A stretch of 59,758 nt of DNA, filler included, from Sluysia triapertura (lineage: Eukaryota): assembly GCA_046118255.1 (NCBI GenBank). It is 5 parts of 5 records of this genome, joined end to end, with 100 filler letters (N's around TTAATTAATTAA, not from the genome) between each part and the next. Parts side by side here need not be neighbours in the genome. Positions count along the whole stretch, not along the records: positions 35,813 to 48,535 come from JBJNIA010086471.1; positions 48,636 to 59,758 come from JBJNIA010188554.1; 3 more parts are not named here. The stretch is one strand, 5' to 3'. The notes beneath the pieces are model-generated. The model made no database searches. It saw nothing but the letters and a program-made list of their open reading frames with translations, and was not told the DNA's origin. The translations under genes and the position numbers were made by a program. Positions 40,584-54,921 of the stretch are shown one piece after another (within the stretch, counting starts at the first letter, position 1; the number at the start of each line of letters is the position of its first letter).

Positions 40584-41504
40584 CTTAAGACTAAACTAAG
40601 TTTCTTTTTATTCTATCGCTTCACTTTTATTTCTCACGCTACTTATGAATTGTATGTAAGAAAATTATTTATTAATGTAATATGAAATAAATTAAATTAA
40701 AATCACAAATTGTAACAGTATATATGCAATCAAAATTTTTTGAAACAGACAATTATTATTGCAAATACTGAGAGGAAAATTTAAAGTGGACATTTTGCTG
40801 AACATTATTTAAACATAAATTATTTTAAAATTCAACGCTATAATGAGAAGCTACACTGGTTTTACGGTTAGTTTCAGTCTAATACGTGTATGTGCGGATA
40901 TGTAAAATTTGATTGTAACTTGTATACGATCTCCACAGGGTTATCATTAAACGTATCAAGATCTCAGATGCGTTTTTAGTAATATCTCTAACAATCGGGA
41001 GAAATAAATCTTATACTTGCAACTTCATTTATATTTTTTTAGTTATTACTTTTTTCTTTGTTAAACTTATAAAGTGTATACTACATCACACAAAATTACT
41101 ACAACAACCAAAAGGACTGCGTGATAAAACTCTGTTTTAAAATAACTGTGTACTATTGAAACACATAACTTTATTTTCAATAGACAATTCCGAAAATTTA
41201 TTATTTGCATAATTCTTAAATACCGTTTCATCTGTAGAATGAAAATTAGATAAATCTTTTAAAATTTTGATCACTACAGATTATAAATTATATAAATCAA
41301 CGTCAGTGCAATATTTTACAAATTGTTGAATCAAAAAAACTGTACAAAAATATTTTGTATCACTATCTATTTAGGAAATATAAGAAATTTTAAAATGTAT
41401 GATAGTTTAAATTTTACAAATTATATACATCTGATTAAGAAACACAAAATACCTTTAAAACTAATTTAAAAAAATGCGACTCAATAAAATACCATTTTAC
41501 TTAC

Positions 41505-41539
41505 CTTTTTTTCTTTAAAGCTGTCTTGATTATTGTCTT
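41505..41539 (-). CDS. Candidate PIX exon (EDNNQDSFKEKK)
   Basis: Strong |gtaagt donor. The acceptor was chosen for phase compatibility and is uncertain. Confidence 0.35.
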
Positions 41540-41680
41540 CTTCAATAAATTTTTAACTTTCTTAGGTGGGTTTCCACTTCAAGATAATTATGTAAACATT
41601 TAACAAAAAATACTTGATTAGAACTCCACGATTATTAGACATTTTAACTAAATATTAATTCAAATAAATGGATAATTTAC

Positions 41681-41750
41681 CTGGTAACTTTGAAATATAT
41701 TCATCTGTAAGTGAATCTTTTGACGTAACAATTGTAGAAGGAGATTTATT
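41681..41750 (-). CDS. ARHGEF7: PIX-like RhoGEF, post-PH exon (NKSPSTIVTSKDSLTDEYISKLP)
   Basis: tttcag| ... |gtaaat. Phase 0 start matches the previous exon; KSP.T as in beta-PIX. Confidence 0.6.
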
Positions 41751-42153
41751 CTGAAACAAAAATCTAACAATTAATTAAAATTGTTGCAATTTAACATAAC
41801 ATAATTCTTAATAAAAATATTATCGATTAACTTAACTAGAACTGTTTACTCTTGTAGCACTAATGATGCACCGTAGCATCAGAAAAGTTTTACTCATTGA
41901 GACCTTCGCTTATATTCCATATAGTTCCGCTCCAATAAATAAAAATGTATTCTACAAACATGTACAGAGTATTTAAACTGACATAAAAGACGATACTTTA
42001 ATATTTGGAACTAAACAGTTTGTTTACATTAAAAATAATATAAATACGCAATTTAGATACAAATATATTATAAATACGTGAATACAATTATTTTGGCATA
42101 TTCATTATTTCTTAAATAAATATCACAATAAATAATTTTTTATTTGCACTCAC

Positions 42154-42268
42154 CTTCGACATTTTATATTCTAAAACAATACATTCATCGCGTTTTATAA
42201 AAGGGGATATATTACAAGAGCGATAAATATTTTCCGTAAACCAATTCGTATCTTTCTTCGAGTTTATT
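42154..42268 (-). CDS. ARHGEF7: PIX-like RhoGEF, post-PH exon
   Basis: tag| ... |gtgagt. W...SCNISPF...LEYK resembles the recalled beta-PIX W.LSCLRPAPPL...LCYK region. Confidence 0.6.
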
Positions 42269-42304
42269 CTAGTTTAATATAAATAAAAAACAAATTTTAC
42301 TCAC

Positions 42305-42348
42305 TTGTTGGGTGATGGCAATGACGAATTTAAAATGTCTTTTTTAAT
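42305..42348 (-). CDS. ARHGEF7: PIX-like RhoGEF exon (IKKDILNSSLPSPN)
   Basis: tttag| ... |gtgagt. Phase 2 end fits the next exon across a 36-nt intron. Confidence 0.55.
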
Positions 42349-45300
42349 CTAAATTAATTTAATTGAATAAAAATTAGCAATACTTGATTAATAATTTTTG
42401 TCATTGACTAATAAAGTATATGAAATATATAAACGCTTATTATACACAGGAATAAATTTATAATATTAAATAATAATAAAATTATATTAAATTATATTAA
42501 ATTATAATTAAATTAATTAAAATTAATTTAAAAAATTATTAATATATAAATAAAAATGTCATTAATCGCCTAAAATATAAATTTATTTATTTAAACAAAA
42601 ATGATATTGTCAATGTAAAATTGTTAAGTAATGTAACTGGATATCAAGTAGAATAAGATGTAATTTAAAAATGTTTTTGTTTCATTAAAAAAACTAATAA
42701 AAATCATTAATTTATAGGAAGTCAGTTATGAACAAAAAAAATTTATGTTGGAAAATCTGATATATTAAATTATTACTAAAACAATTTAGATTAAGATTAC
42801 TATGTACTTATCCGTTAATATAAGAACAATTGTAAAAAATCGAAAGATTTGATTTATCTTACAATTTTAAACGATTTAATCAATTCTAATTTACAACATA
42901 TAGTTATATAATATGATCTCAATTTTGGCATTGTCTGTTTGCTTCACCTTTACTTATATTTAATTTATTCGCTTAATTTAATTTTAATACAACTACCAAA
43001 TAAGAAATATAAACAAAAATATAAATCTCTGATAGACTTACTGATAGATAGCAATATATTATTAATTAAGATATTATTAGTAACAATAAGTCAATAACTG
43101 ATCAATTTACTTAACAGAATCTCGACAATTTCAACAATCACAAAAACAAACATACATTATCACAAATTTTCTTATTTTAGCAATAATATTTATTATAACT
43201 CGATAATTTACTAATTACAAAATCAATTACCGTAAGTTTTTACTTTAACAATAATACAAATGAATTAAATTAACAGTAATTTTATAATAATAATATTACT
43301 AACACAATAATCTATCAAAAGAAACCAGAGGTGACGCAACTAACAAAATCAAATTATTCTTAACACTTCTAAAAAATAATTCTTTAAATAATTAACAAAT
43401 TTCATTAATATGTTCGCTTTTCTTTGCTGAACAATTATGAATACTTTCATAAAGACTGGGTTCGCCTACGTTAAGCGATTTATCTTAAGGAAGGACGCCT
43501 ATGTAGGATTTTGCTAAAGAAAAGTTGATGCTGAGGGTCACCGTGTCAAATTCTTACACGTAATATTCTAATCTTTTAATCTTGATTTTAATTTTTATAT
43601 TTCTATGGAACCTTTAACTTTTAATCTATGTTGCTCAAAACAAAAAATTTTAAAATAAAAAAATTTATTAAAACAACTTTTTAACAAATAATATATATGT
43701 ATCAAACAAAAAAAAATATATAATAAAAGCATAAATTTCAAATTTTAATTTAAATTAATTTGACCCAGAGTTAATTTTTGGGCATAAAAATTTAAATGAT
43801 TTTAAGTTGAATGTTAAGACAGCTTTTATCAGTGTCTTAAACCTAACAAAAATAAGCTTACTTAAGGTACTACAGAAAAATCAATGGCTGTAATACATAT
43901 ATCCAATCGAATTCGAATGGTAGTCTTCTGGATAAGTCTTTCTACTTATTAGTGTTTCCCACGTGTTAACAACTGACGAAATCGGATTAACAAAAGTCTT
44001 TTTAATTTCTTGTATTTTAAATTTTCCACGAACGAAAACCAAATCTTTATGTCTCTTTAACAATAACAAGTTACTAAAAATTGTGTTAGTCAAATAATTA
44101 TGTAGTACCTTTTCCGACAATAAAATTCCGTGAATAATATTTATATTTATAAATTTTGGTAAATAAATATATAGTTTATTAATTTTTCGACGATAAATTT
44201 ATAAATATTTGTGAATATTTGTATAAATATTTGTTTCCGTTTTTTCAAATTAGATAAATTATCAAAGTTTAAAACTTAATACATTTAATTAAATTATATT
44301 ATTAATTATTAACCATAATTATTTACACTAATGAATATATAATTAATATCATTAAAATTAAATTTACAAAAATTTATACACGTTTATTAAATTTACAAAA
44401 ATTTATACACGTTCGTCTTGATTATTTACAAATAAAATTAGTCTGAAAACTCAATATATCTTCCAATATAATGAAACAGAATAATTAATCTCATCTAAAT
44501 AAAAGTTATTAACTACAAACGGACTTTACTCGTCGATTAATCAGGAAACAAAATGTTTAAAACAACTGTAAATAATTAAAGAGGAAGTCTCCCAAAAACG
44601 AAACTAATTTACTTAATATCAAAATAACAAAATAAAATAAATTCACAATTTTATGCATATTCACAGCAGCAGCATTAAAGTTTCATTACTTGATGTGTTG
44701 CGTGTTCAAAATATTTAGGTATTTCTTTTATATTTTCTCATCATTCAATCATTCCTGAATTTTTTGATCAAGCATTCTTTCACACAAATCATATCAAAAT
44801 TCTATGAGAATTAAACCGGCAATTACAGTTACATGGTATAGCTTGTTGAGCTTGATTTACGATCATCTATTATTCTTCAACTCTATTTAGTAGTTTTAGA
44901 AAGAAGATTGTCTTATTAAGTTTGTAGTTTATACTGAAAAATAGGTGAACTGTAAGTATGAATTGAACTTAAACTTTGAGATTAATGGGCGTTCGGTGAG
45001 TATAGATGTGGTGGCCAACTTCTTCACAAAAAATTTTATTGTATCATTTTACGCAAAAATCATACCCATTTAACACTTAAACACTTACCACATCAAAATC
45101 GTTATACTCACATTACAAAAAAAAATTTTCAAAATAACAGTAAACAAAATGGAATTTCTTTTAACACTTCTAACATCACCAAATCTCTCTTAAAAATACT
45201 CTTTTCTTCATTTTTATTATTATCCTTCCTTTTTCTCAATTTACACAATTTTATTTGATTACAACGTGTAAATTTTCTGTAACAATCATTTTGTAACACA

Positions 45301-45935
45301 GACTTCAAAATTTAAAAACTTCAAGTTTAACTACCTTAACATTATACAATAGTTTAAAGACTCGTAAAGTCATTGAAACATTCAATGATTCAGAAATTTC
45401 AAGAAACCTACTTATTTAATAAGATTTAAGTAATAAATAGGGAAGAATATCAAAAGACATGAATGGACTTTTTAGACATAAATTTTACATAAAACAAAAT
45501 TATATTAAAGAAAAGGAACAAATATTAAAATATATGTATTTATATTTTAAAGAAGTTCGTTAAGAAAAGACAAAGAATTTATAGAAATTTATGCAATTAT
45601 TTCATTTAGAACAATGTATTACATTTCCTGCAACAAACGTTTTATTCCTTATGATGCGTCTTTGAAAACTATTAAATTATATAAAATAAATATCAATTTA
45701 ATTAGCTTAAAAAGAATCTCAACTATTTAAGTGTTCACTAGTTCAAATATAAATTTTCAAAAATTCTCTTATTTAATATCAATAATTATTCACTCCAAAA
45801 TGAAGCTCTTGAAAATCAAATTAATAATAAAAACACAATTATTTACTGTTAAACAAAAAATCAAAATACAATTATTATGAATCTCTACTAAAAAATACTA
45901 AAAATAACTAAAATGAGAAAATTAAAAATAGTGTT

Positions 45936-45982
<47 letters not shown>

Positions 45983-48900
45983 GGATACTAAAATCCAAAA
46001 AAACCCAGGAGTGGCTCAAGAGACACTAACAATTCAGTATCTGGAAAGTTAATAATAATTATGCTGCTTACATATTTTTAGTTACCTTAACCAAGCATAA
46101 TCACGATTAAATATTAAAATAAAAATTTTGGACAGAGATCCTTTCTAAAACTTAACAGTAATATCTAAAATATTTTATATTTGTAGGGTGTTTCCCACAA
46201 AACTAGTTTTTAAAAATGGCTAAAAAGAGATCAAGAATAATAATCAAATATACATTAAAATAATCACCTAAAATTTATTATCTTTCAATCAAATGTTTTC
46301 CCAAAAAAGAAAATTTAATTATTTATTTTATTTCAATTTTATAATAATAAAATAATAAAAATGAAAATAAATAAAGACATTAGCATGGATCTTCAATATC
46401 GGTAGGATTAAGTGATTGTAAGATTGTGCAATTGTGATGTAAAAATTTAGAAATTTTTATTTTATACTCTCTCATCATCCATTCAATGCACAGTCTCACA
46501 ACCAAACACTCTCTCATACAGATCATCTATACCTCTTTGAAAATCAGACCGACAATAACAACTTTGACAATTACATGTACGATCTGTCAAACTTCATTAG
46601 GTACAAAACATAGAAATCTGATTTATTATCAACCATCATTTCCTTTTACACTACTCAATCTATTTTTACTTAAATTAATTCTCACATTAAAATAATGATC
46701 AACAATATTATTAACATACATAAAAATAATGAACCTAATTTCACTTTTACTATTTAATTAATTTTTGATTTTCACACCCAATTTTCTAATAAAGATATTT
46801 TAAGGTTCTCATTCTCAAACGAACCATTTTACAAAATTTAGAACCTACTTATAGATTCTCCTCTTTGACAGCAATCAACTCATATTCAATTCATTACATT
46901 TGCATCACTCTAAGTATTAAAAATAAAACATTCCATACCATAATGAACTCGGTGAAACCATAACTCCATCGGAAGGTCTTTTCAAAACAAATACATACAC
47001 AGATTCAAATTCAACATAGTATTCCTCATTTAAAAGTTATTCACACAAACGTAATTTTTCTTAATTAAGTTAATTAAGGTTTTAATTAATTAATCTATTT
47101 TTAGACTTAATTTTATTTTATCTTTAAAGGTTTTATTAAGTTTCTAAGGCATTCAGGAGGCTCTAGATGTTTTCGCCTCACTTCTCACATTCCTTTTTCT
47201 ACTTCTTCATATTAATTATTTACTTCACTAAACTAATTCTTAATATTAATAACAACAATTTCATTTTTCAAGTGTTTTAAAGATTTTAAATAACTTTATA
47301 AGGTTACTAAAGAATCTCAAATGCTTACTGATGTTTTAAGAGTACTAAAGGTTACTAAGATCTCAAATAATCTAACAGTTCATAAGTTCAAAAGTATATT
47401 AATACTTCAAAAGATTTTTCAAGTCCATCTCAAACATCCATAAAGGTATTTGGTAGATATTTCATAAACTTTCATAGATCTTTGCATTGCCAAGATATTC
47501 TTTAGATGTTAACATTATTATAAATATTTAATTTTTATGATTCTTATTTCAACGCTGTTTATAATATCAGATCCATCACTTAGTATCAGTTCTTTCTTAA
47601 TTTTGTAGTTCTATATGTTTCTCAGTTGGGCAATCCCAACAGTATGTTTAAGAATCTTAAAGATTATTTTTAAAAGAAAATTATAAATTTATATGCCGAC
47701 TAATTTTATTAATCAAATTTGAATATAAATTTCCGTCGAATTTCCGCCTTAATATTATCTGGAAATTATCTAAAATAATGAATTTTGTGACAAATAAACG
47801 CTTACTTTTTGATTATAATAAAATTAAAATTTAAGATTATAATTATAATAATACCTATCATTACAACAATACATGAAATTAAATTGAATATAAATCTAAT
47901 CACATATAAAACTTTTGATACAATACGCAACACGTTAACGGTAAGTCACATGTCAATTTCAATTAACATATTTAGAATGAGAATTAATTTAATATATACT
48001 TTTATTATGTATGCTCATTATACTACATAGAAATTTAACTTTATAATAAAGAAAATTAATTAAAACTGATGATTTTAAATTGGTGTTAATAACACTGATA
48101 TATTGTTTCGTAATTTATTTAATTAAAATTTGTTTATTATGCAATTTGTTTGATTGTCTTTTAATTGCTTTTTATTTATTTTAAAATTATCTTAATTATT
48201 GTTTGTTTTTAATTAAATTTTTACTTAATTTTTTTAAATAGCAGGAGATTTCAGAAACAGTATTGTCGAAGTTAAACAGATAAGTAGTCTCCCTCTTTAT
48301 ACAGTCTGTAAAAATCTTTATTATCGTCTTCTTTGTCATAAGACATCATATTTATCTGGCCTGCAAACACCGTTTAGTCATTGTTTGTTTTAGAACGATT
48401 GTCATAATTGTTGTGTCTTTTAATACTTTTATTTTCCCAAATTATTAAATCAAAAGTCAATAATTAAATAAACTCAAAACCTCAGTATATTTGATATATT
48501 ATCAAAACTACAATCAGATTATATAAATTATAATANNNNNNNNNNNNNNNNNNNNNNNNNNNNNNNNNNNNNNNNNNNNTTAATTAATTAANNNNNNNNN
48601 NNNNNNNNNNNNNNNNNNNNNNNNNNNNNNNNNNNATGTTGTGAAATAGTATTAAATGTACTTGTGGTTTATATGTTGTAAGTTGTGATTGTGATTTGAT
48701 TTAAACCAATAAGCTATTGAATAAATATTATTAAACATTGAGTATTAATTGTTACAGAGTGGTGTAAAATGAAGGTTCGAAAGTATTAGATGGATTGTCT
48801 CGGATGTGTTTGTTGTTTAATTATTGTAAATGTCGAGTATTTTTTCTGATGAGTTAGTTAATGTAATTTGGTAATGTTAAATATGATTGTGATTTAGATG

Positions 48901-49019
48901 TTGTGGAATTTTAATAGATTTTTAGTGGTTATGAGTGTTGGCCACCACATTAAGCACCAATTTTGTCATAACTTTAGCCTTAATATAAATAAAATTTCTA
49001 GCAATAATATGAGTAACAA

Positions 49020-49270
49020 AAGAGATAACGATAATCCACAATAAGGTCATACGCTTTATGTCGATAATTGATATAAAAGTCCCAAACAATTTGATATTTT
49101 ACACTAATATGATACAAACTCTTGCAGCACAGTTCAAAAGAATCGAACTGGTTTACCCAAACTTGATTCACGTCTAAGAAGAGTTGACTTACTTCTTAGT
49201 ATTCATAATATTCATTCTATTAAAATTTTTTCTTCCAATATTACGGTTTCAATTATGACTTTTTTTACTT
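49020..49270 (-). pseudogene. Family-B fragment in a PIX intron
   Basis: KSTLLRRESSLGKPVRFF*, then after a frameshift KYQIVWDFYINYRHKAYDLIVDYRYLF. Confidence 0.45.
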
Positions 49271-49461
49271 GTTAATTAAGTCAATTTATATCACTGTGCA
49301 TATTTATTTATTTTATTTCATTATTTGTTTGAGATTGTAGAATATTTTACGATAATTTTATTAAAGTTTTTAAAAATTATATTTTAATATACTTAAATTA
49401 TTTTTATTTTTTGCTTTATTTTACTTATAATTTTTTTATCATATTTTCTACATAGACAAAC

Positions 49462-49542
49462 CTCTCCTTTCCATCCAAGAATAGTAGCACAAATAATATC
49501 TAAATCACGTTCCTTCTTCTTCCGAATGTTATTGGATTTGTC
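49462..49542 (-). CDS. ARHGEF7: PIX-like RhoGEF exon, DH-PH junction (DKSNNIRKKKERDLDIICATILGWKGE)
   Basis: tttcag| ... |gtttgt, 81 nt, phase 0/0. Matches PIX RKRKELELQIL...I..WEG. Confidence 0.88.
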
Positions 49543-51399
49543 CTGAAACCATAATTATTACTAATAATTTTGTTCGAAATTATTTTAAATGATTTTTATT
49601 TTAGTTATTAATATTTTTAGATGTTAGCTTTCAACAATTTATCAATTTTTGAAGACAAATAATGTACATATTTCCGAATTTTCTAATATGGAAGGATATT
49701 CAAGTACTGAAGAAGTTAAGGTAAAGAAATAATTTTGATGTACAGGATGTTCAAAAACTAACCTAGAACTTCGAATAATCATAGTGCAGGAAATTTTGGA
49801 ATAATTTTGGAAATTTTTTAAATCAAAAGTTCATTCAGAATTAAAGTTTCGAAGCACAGAACAAGAGCCTTGAATCCACAACAAACTGTATTCGATCGTA
49901 ATTTGCAATAAGACAAAAAAGCGAATAGTCAATATTTGAATTAAATAAAATTGATTTTACTTGTAATTTGTAATTTCATTTAAGCTATTTTAAGCTAGCT
50001 ATAAAGTCATTTAATATAAAAGTAAAAAGAAAATTTCTCATTGTTATTGTAAGTGTTTATGCTAAATCTACACTTGCAAAATAATTCTGGAGGTTAAGTT
50101 CACCTAACAAGCACGGTTTAAATCCTTTTAGGTTTTGCCTAAAAGAGTAAGTTACTTAATCTTGCTTACAAAGATCACTTACTAATATATTCTCAGTACT
50201 TTTAGGTCAATAACTTACTAAATTGTAATGATTCGGTTAAACTAGCCGATTATGGTCTAGCGTACAAAATCAAACCATTTTAATGAGTTTAAACGTTGAG
50301 CTAGCCTTTAAGGTCTAACATAAAACTGCAAAGATTTTAAATCAAAAATCAAAATTGAATCGATTCTCTAAATGTTTTATTATTAGAGAAACTTAATAGT
50401 TGAAATAAACAAAATTATAGAATAATAGTATTTTAAAATAATATTAAAAAAGTTCTTTTTCTCAATATTAAATTCGAAATTTTATAATTAAATTAAGCTA
50501 TCTATTAAGGTATAGCGTTAAGTTAACAAAAATTACTTAGATATTAAGTCTTCCTAAATGGTAAGTGCCTTAACAAAAATGAAATTACTCCTTGACATGT
50601 ATCTTCTTTAATAGTAAAATTTCTTAAACTAATAATTGTTAAATCATGTTGTATAATTATAAATTCCTGTTGTAAATTCCCAATATATATATATATATTG
50701 AAAATTTCCAATATGTATGTCAACAAAGTGAAATATTTAAAAACAATGGCTGATTTAAACTTTCTTAATTTACAAAAACAAAATATAAGTTTTAAATTTT
50801 AAATATATAAATTTTAAATATTTTATATTTAAGTAATACTAAAAAACAAAATATAAATATTTATATTTAAACTTTATTATTTATAAATTACAAAACATTA
50901 TTTTTAATATATAATAACTTATTATAATAATATTTAAAAATTTAAAATAAAATATACACAAATCAACATAAATGTAAGTCATTAAATCATCGACAACTCA
51001 ACACTATAAATTAAATATTATTATAACTGTATTACATTTTTGGCAATTTGTGTTATTAATAAAACTTGTGCAGTTAGTCGATTTTTTTGATTTTTAGCTC
51101 AGCACACAATTCTGACGATTTTTGCTTGATCGTTAGTATATGACAATTATGTCTTTATTAAAACTGATATATACAATAAAATGTTTATATTTTTTAATTA
51201 ATTGTATCTGGATACAAATGTAAGCGATCAGTTTAAAATATTTAATAGTAAATATAATATTTATATACTATTATTTAGTTATAGTTCAACCACGTGTTCA
51301 AATATAAACGTTGAATTCGAATTTACACAACTCATAAAATTACTCACAAATTACCTTTACTTTACAAAACAAAAGGTTCTTTTCTTAATGGTGATATAC

Positions 51400-51700
51400 A
51401 TTCACCTATAGTTAAGCGCCTTCCAAACTTGTTAATGCTATTGAATTATAAAATTCCAAACGAGGGATGAAATGATCAACTGTTCTCAATTAGCTACTGG
51501 ATCTTGAATATTATTAACCAGTTCTGGCTTATAATGAATTGTAGTGTTGAACGTTTGACAGTTAGTATAAAAAGAGTAATCGCACAAATTTAAGTCTGGA
51601 ATATAAGGCCATAATATAACACGTTCATTCCTTTATTTTGTCAAAAATACATGTTGGTGCACCAAAATTGTTGAATAGACTGCGACTTGGATAACAAAAA
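51400..51700 (-). mobile_element. Tc1/mariner-superfamily transposase remnant
   Basis: Frameshifted QQ..GAP, WPYIPDLNLCDY (compare WPP.SPDLNP.DY) and INKFGRRL, in the expected order. Confidence 0.7.
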
Positions 51701-52115
51701 ATGTGCTGAGAAAAATGCTTAAAAATTCATCCATATGGTCAATTCTTTGTACAATGAACGTAAAATTAATTAATTAATCTGCTGCTTAAATTTTCGTAAC
51801 GCAATATTTTCATAGGAACAAAGGATGACGTAACACGATTAAAGGAAAATGATTTTTTGATCCAGATACAGCAGTTTAAGTGTTTAAAATAGTTCATATT
51901 ATTTCAAAAATGTGGAGATTTGAGTGAAAATAATTTACATTATACTGATGATCGTGAGTAAGAGATGTTTCAAAATGACTAGAACATGAACATCCAGGTG
52001 GCAAAGTTTATATTTACAGATTTAAATAATATAAATCTACTTTTTCGTAAAACTACTCCTCTTCCTCCTCCTCCTACTATACTACTCATATTATTAATAT
52101 TAATAATATTATTAC

Positions 52116-52155
<40 letters not shown>

Positions 52156-52168
52156 AACATTAACTTAC

Positions 52169-52228
52169 ATTTATTTCACTGTACACTACAATAGCTCTTT
52201 GTATGTCTCCTCGATCGGGATGACCATC
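52169..52228 (-). CDS. ARHGEF7: PIX-like RhoGEF DH exon (DGHPDRGDIQRAIVVYSEIN)
   Basis: ttaag| ... |gtaagt, 60 nt, phase 0/0. HPDRGD.QR is typical of PIX DH domains. Confidence 0.9.
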
Positions 52229-53040
52229 CTTAATATAAAACGTATAATGATGTAAATAACCACAATTATAAAATAACGTTAGCTACTTGAATAAACCACA
52301 TACGAAATATGAATTAACTCAATGTCTCAAAATTATAGTTCATATAATGCATAAAAAGAAATGACTTTTGTCGGAGATTCACAAGCAACACTCATTCCAA
52401 TTAGTTTTCCATAGCTAAACGAAATAGAAATTGAGAGTTAGAATAAAGATAAGAGCCTATAAGAAATCCAGCGTGATAATGCAACATAGTTTCAGTTTCA
52501 TTCAAGTGGTCTTGTGTTTTAATGCAACCATGAATTCGAAAAATAAGCGAAACGAGCTCAGGTGGGAATAGTGATTTTGTTGTGTATTGTTAAAATATTG
52601 GGTTGGCCACCACAGTTTTATTAAAATAAAAAACTATATAATAAGCCGACCTTGTATTATTTATAGAATTATTAATAATTTTTTAAGAGATAAAAATTTG
52701 AAATGACATCTCTTGAAAATATGAATTTAGTTGAGATAGATGCTAAGTCAATACCAATGATGTTCGATGATGAAAGAAGAAGTCTATCCATTCTAATTGA
52801 TGATCAAATATTACTCAGAACTTTGTCTACTTACCACCATAACAAACGAGATTTTATAAATTAGAATTCAATGTTGTGTAACTTCAAAAGTATGAATTAT
52901 GTCAACCATAATGTAACGACAGCCTCTGCATACTTAAGCATGTCAGTGCTGCGTGTCATACATTTACCACTTTATACTGGTATCACCTCCACTTGACTCC
53001 GAATGTTTTAGACTGTTTGCATAACGAGTCACGTGCAGGC

Positions 53041-53275
53041 CATTTAAAAGATGAACTAGATGCTTTAAATTTAGACCAGTTTAAATGATTAGTTTAGATT
53101 GTCCGAAGCTCCATTTGAAAGATGAACCAAATGTTAAAATTAAGTTTTAAATTTAGACGTTCAAAATGGAGCGAGTTCATGATTAGTTTGGATTGCTCAA
53201 GACTCCATTCAAAGGATGACGAGCCGTATGTTAAGTTAAAAGTTTTCAACATAGGAAGTCAAAATTGAATGAATT
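53041..53275 (+). repeat. Three degenerate 70-95-bp tandem units
   Basis: catt..aa.gatga at 53041, ~53111 and ~53205; atgattagttt.gattg occurs twice. Confidence 0.7.
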
Positions 53276-54782
53276 TACGATTATTTCGAATTATTTTAAA
53301 CTGGAAATCACTAACATGTATACGCGGCCTAACTTGCAGATCAATACATTCTATGTTCAGGAATATTTATTAGTGTTAGTAAATTTATTAGTGACTGAAA
53401 ATTTTATTCAAGGTAATCCAAAAGTGATCTGTAGACGATTTGATTATAAGCCCTCTTTTTATGTATGTTAATTTGCAACAAAAATAAAAACTGTTTTCAT
53501 TATTTTTGTATTCGTAATGCAAAATTTGAGAATAATAAATTATTTAAGCACAGAAGTAAACTTTATTAGCGGAGATGATAATAAAATTTTCTGTAACAAA
53601 GTTAAGAGATTAATAATTAATATCATGAATAATAAATCATATAAATTTCATAATTTTAATAATCCATCACTAAACTAGTATTATCGCTAGGTACATATTG
53701 AAAAATTTTTAAACATTATTGTTTTTTTATACTTGAAAAATTAATTTTTAATTTTTAAAATTTATTTATTTATTTTAAAATATAGTGTAATTTTAATTTT
53801 ATTATAATTTTATAAATATCTTGTACAAATTAAAAATCATTTCCAATTCATGAAACGTGAAACTTTAATTATTACTTTTAATTTAAAGAAAAAAAGAATT
53901 GTAAAATTGCGCACTGATGTTTCGGTCCGCGCAAAGCCATTTGCCTAGAATAAATTTTACAAAAACGATAAAATACTAATAAAGATAACAAGAAATATAC
54001 ATACATAAATTTGCATAAAAGAATCAATAAGTGGGACAATTTCAATTATAATAATCATAAATTATTACCACTGTGTTTATACTTGTGTTTGTGTTTGTGT
54101 TTGTGTTTAGTATGTATTGAGTAATTCGTTCAATAATTTGTTTATGCAATATGTGTTGATTTGTGTTGAAGTTTGTTTTTGTGATAAGTTGATTTTCAGT
54201 TCACAACATGAAATCCGTATTATTGAATTTTATAGCTTTTTTAGACATTATCAAACAAAACAAAGTCACAAGATATTACAAAATCAGTCTTCTTTCGGCT
54301 AAGAACTATTGCATCCTGTGATGAGAGAATCCTCTCTACAATAAATCGTACCCTCACAAAACAGCCCCTAGTAGATTATTTGATTATTGAACATGTTATT
54401 TTGTATTTTTAAAAGTAAAGTGGAAGATTTAGTGAATGAACCTGATAAAGTAAGCATTCGGTTCAAAAAGATTGAAAGGCAGACTTAAATGCCTTTAATT
54501 GAAATTTTAGATATAGATATTTGGGACCCTGAAATTTCCCATAATTTATTTATATTTATATTTCCATCGAGAAAGTTCTAGTCAACAGCCGTGCAAATAG
54601 ACCATTAGTTCAAAGTAGTTATTAAACTGTAGAGTTAAAAAAGTATAACCTAATTTATTATATTTAGAATTTAATTATGGATTTGACAAAAAAATTACAA
54701 AACGTTTACAATAAATTTAATCTTAAAAATTATTTTAATGTTCTTTAAATTTTAAAGTTTAAAATATCAAGTAAAAAGTTAC

Positions 54783-54921
54783 CTCTAAATATCTTTCCAT
54801 TTCTTTTAATAACAAAGGGTATCGAGATAGTCTATCAAACACCAATGATAATTGTTGCTTTATTTGAGCCCAATCAAAAAAAGTTGACATTTGAGTTTCA
54901 AAGAATTCACACACTGCAGAT
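54783..54921 (-). CDS. ARHGEF7: PIX-like RhoGEF DH exon (...LSLVFDRLSRYPLLLKEMERYLE)
   Basis: tttag| ... |gtaact. Matches PIX LSKPF.RL.KYP.LLKELERH.E and splices in frame to the next two exons. Confidence 0.9.

Noticed and set aside
43881-44120. 79-aa ORF as a PIX PH exon (FSNLLLL...F..GK)
   Set aside because: There is an acceptor at 44073 but no convincing donor before the stop, and similarity is weak.
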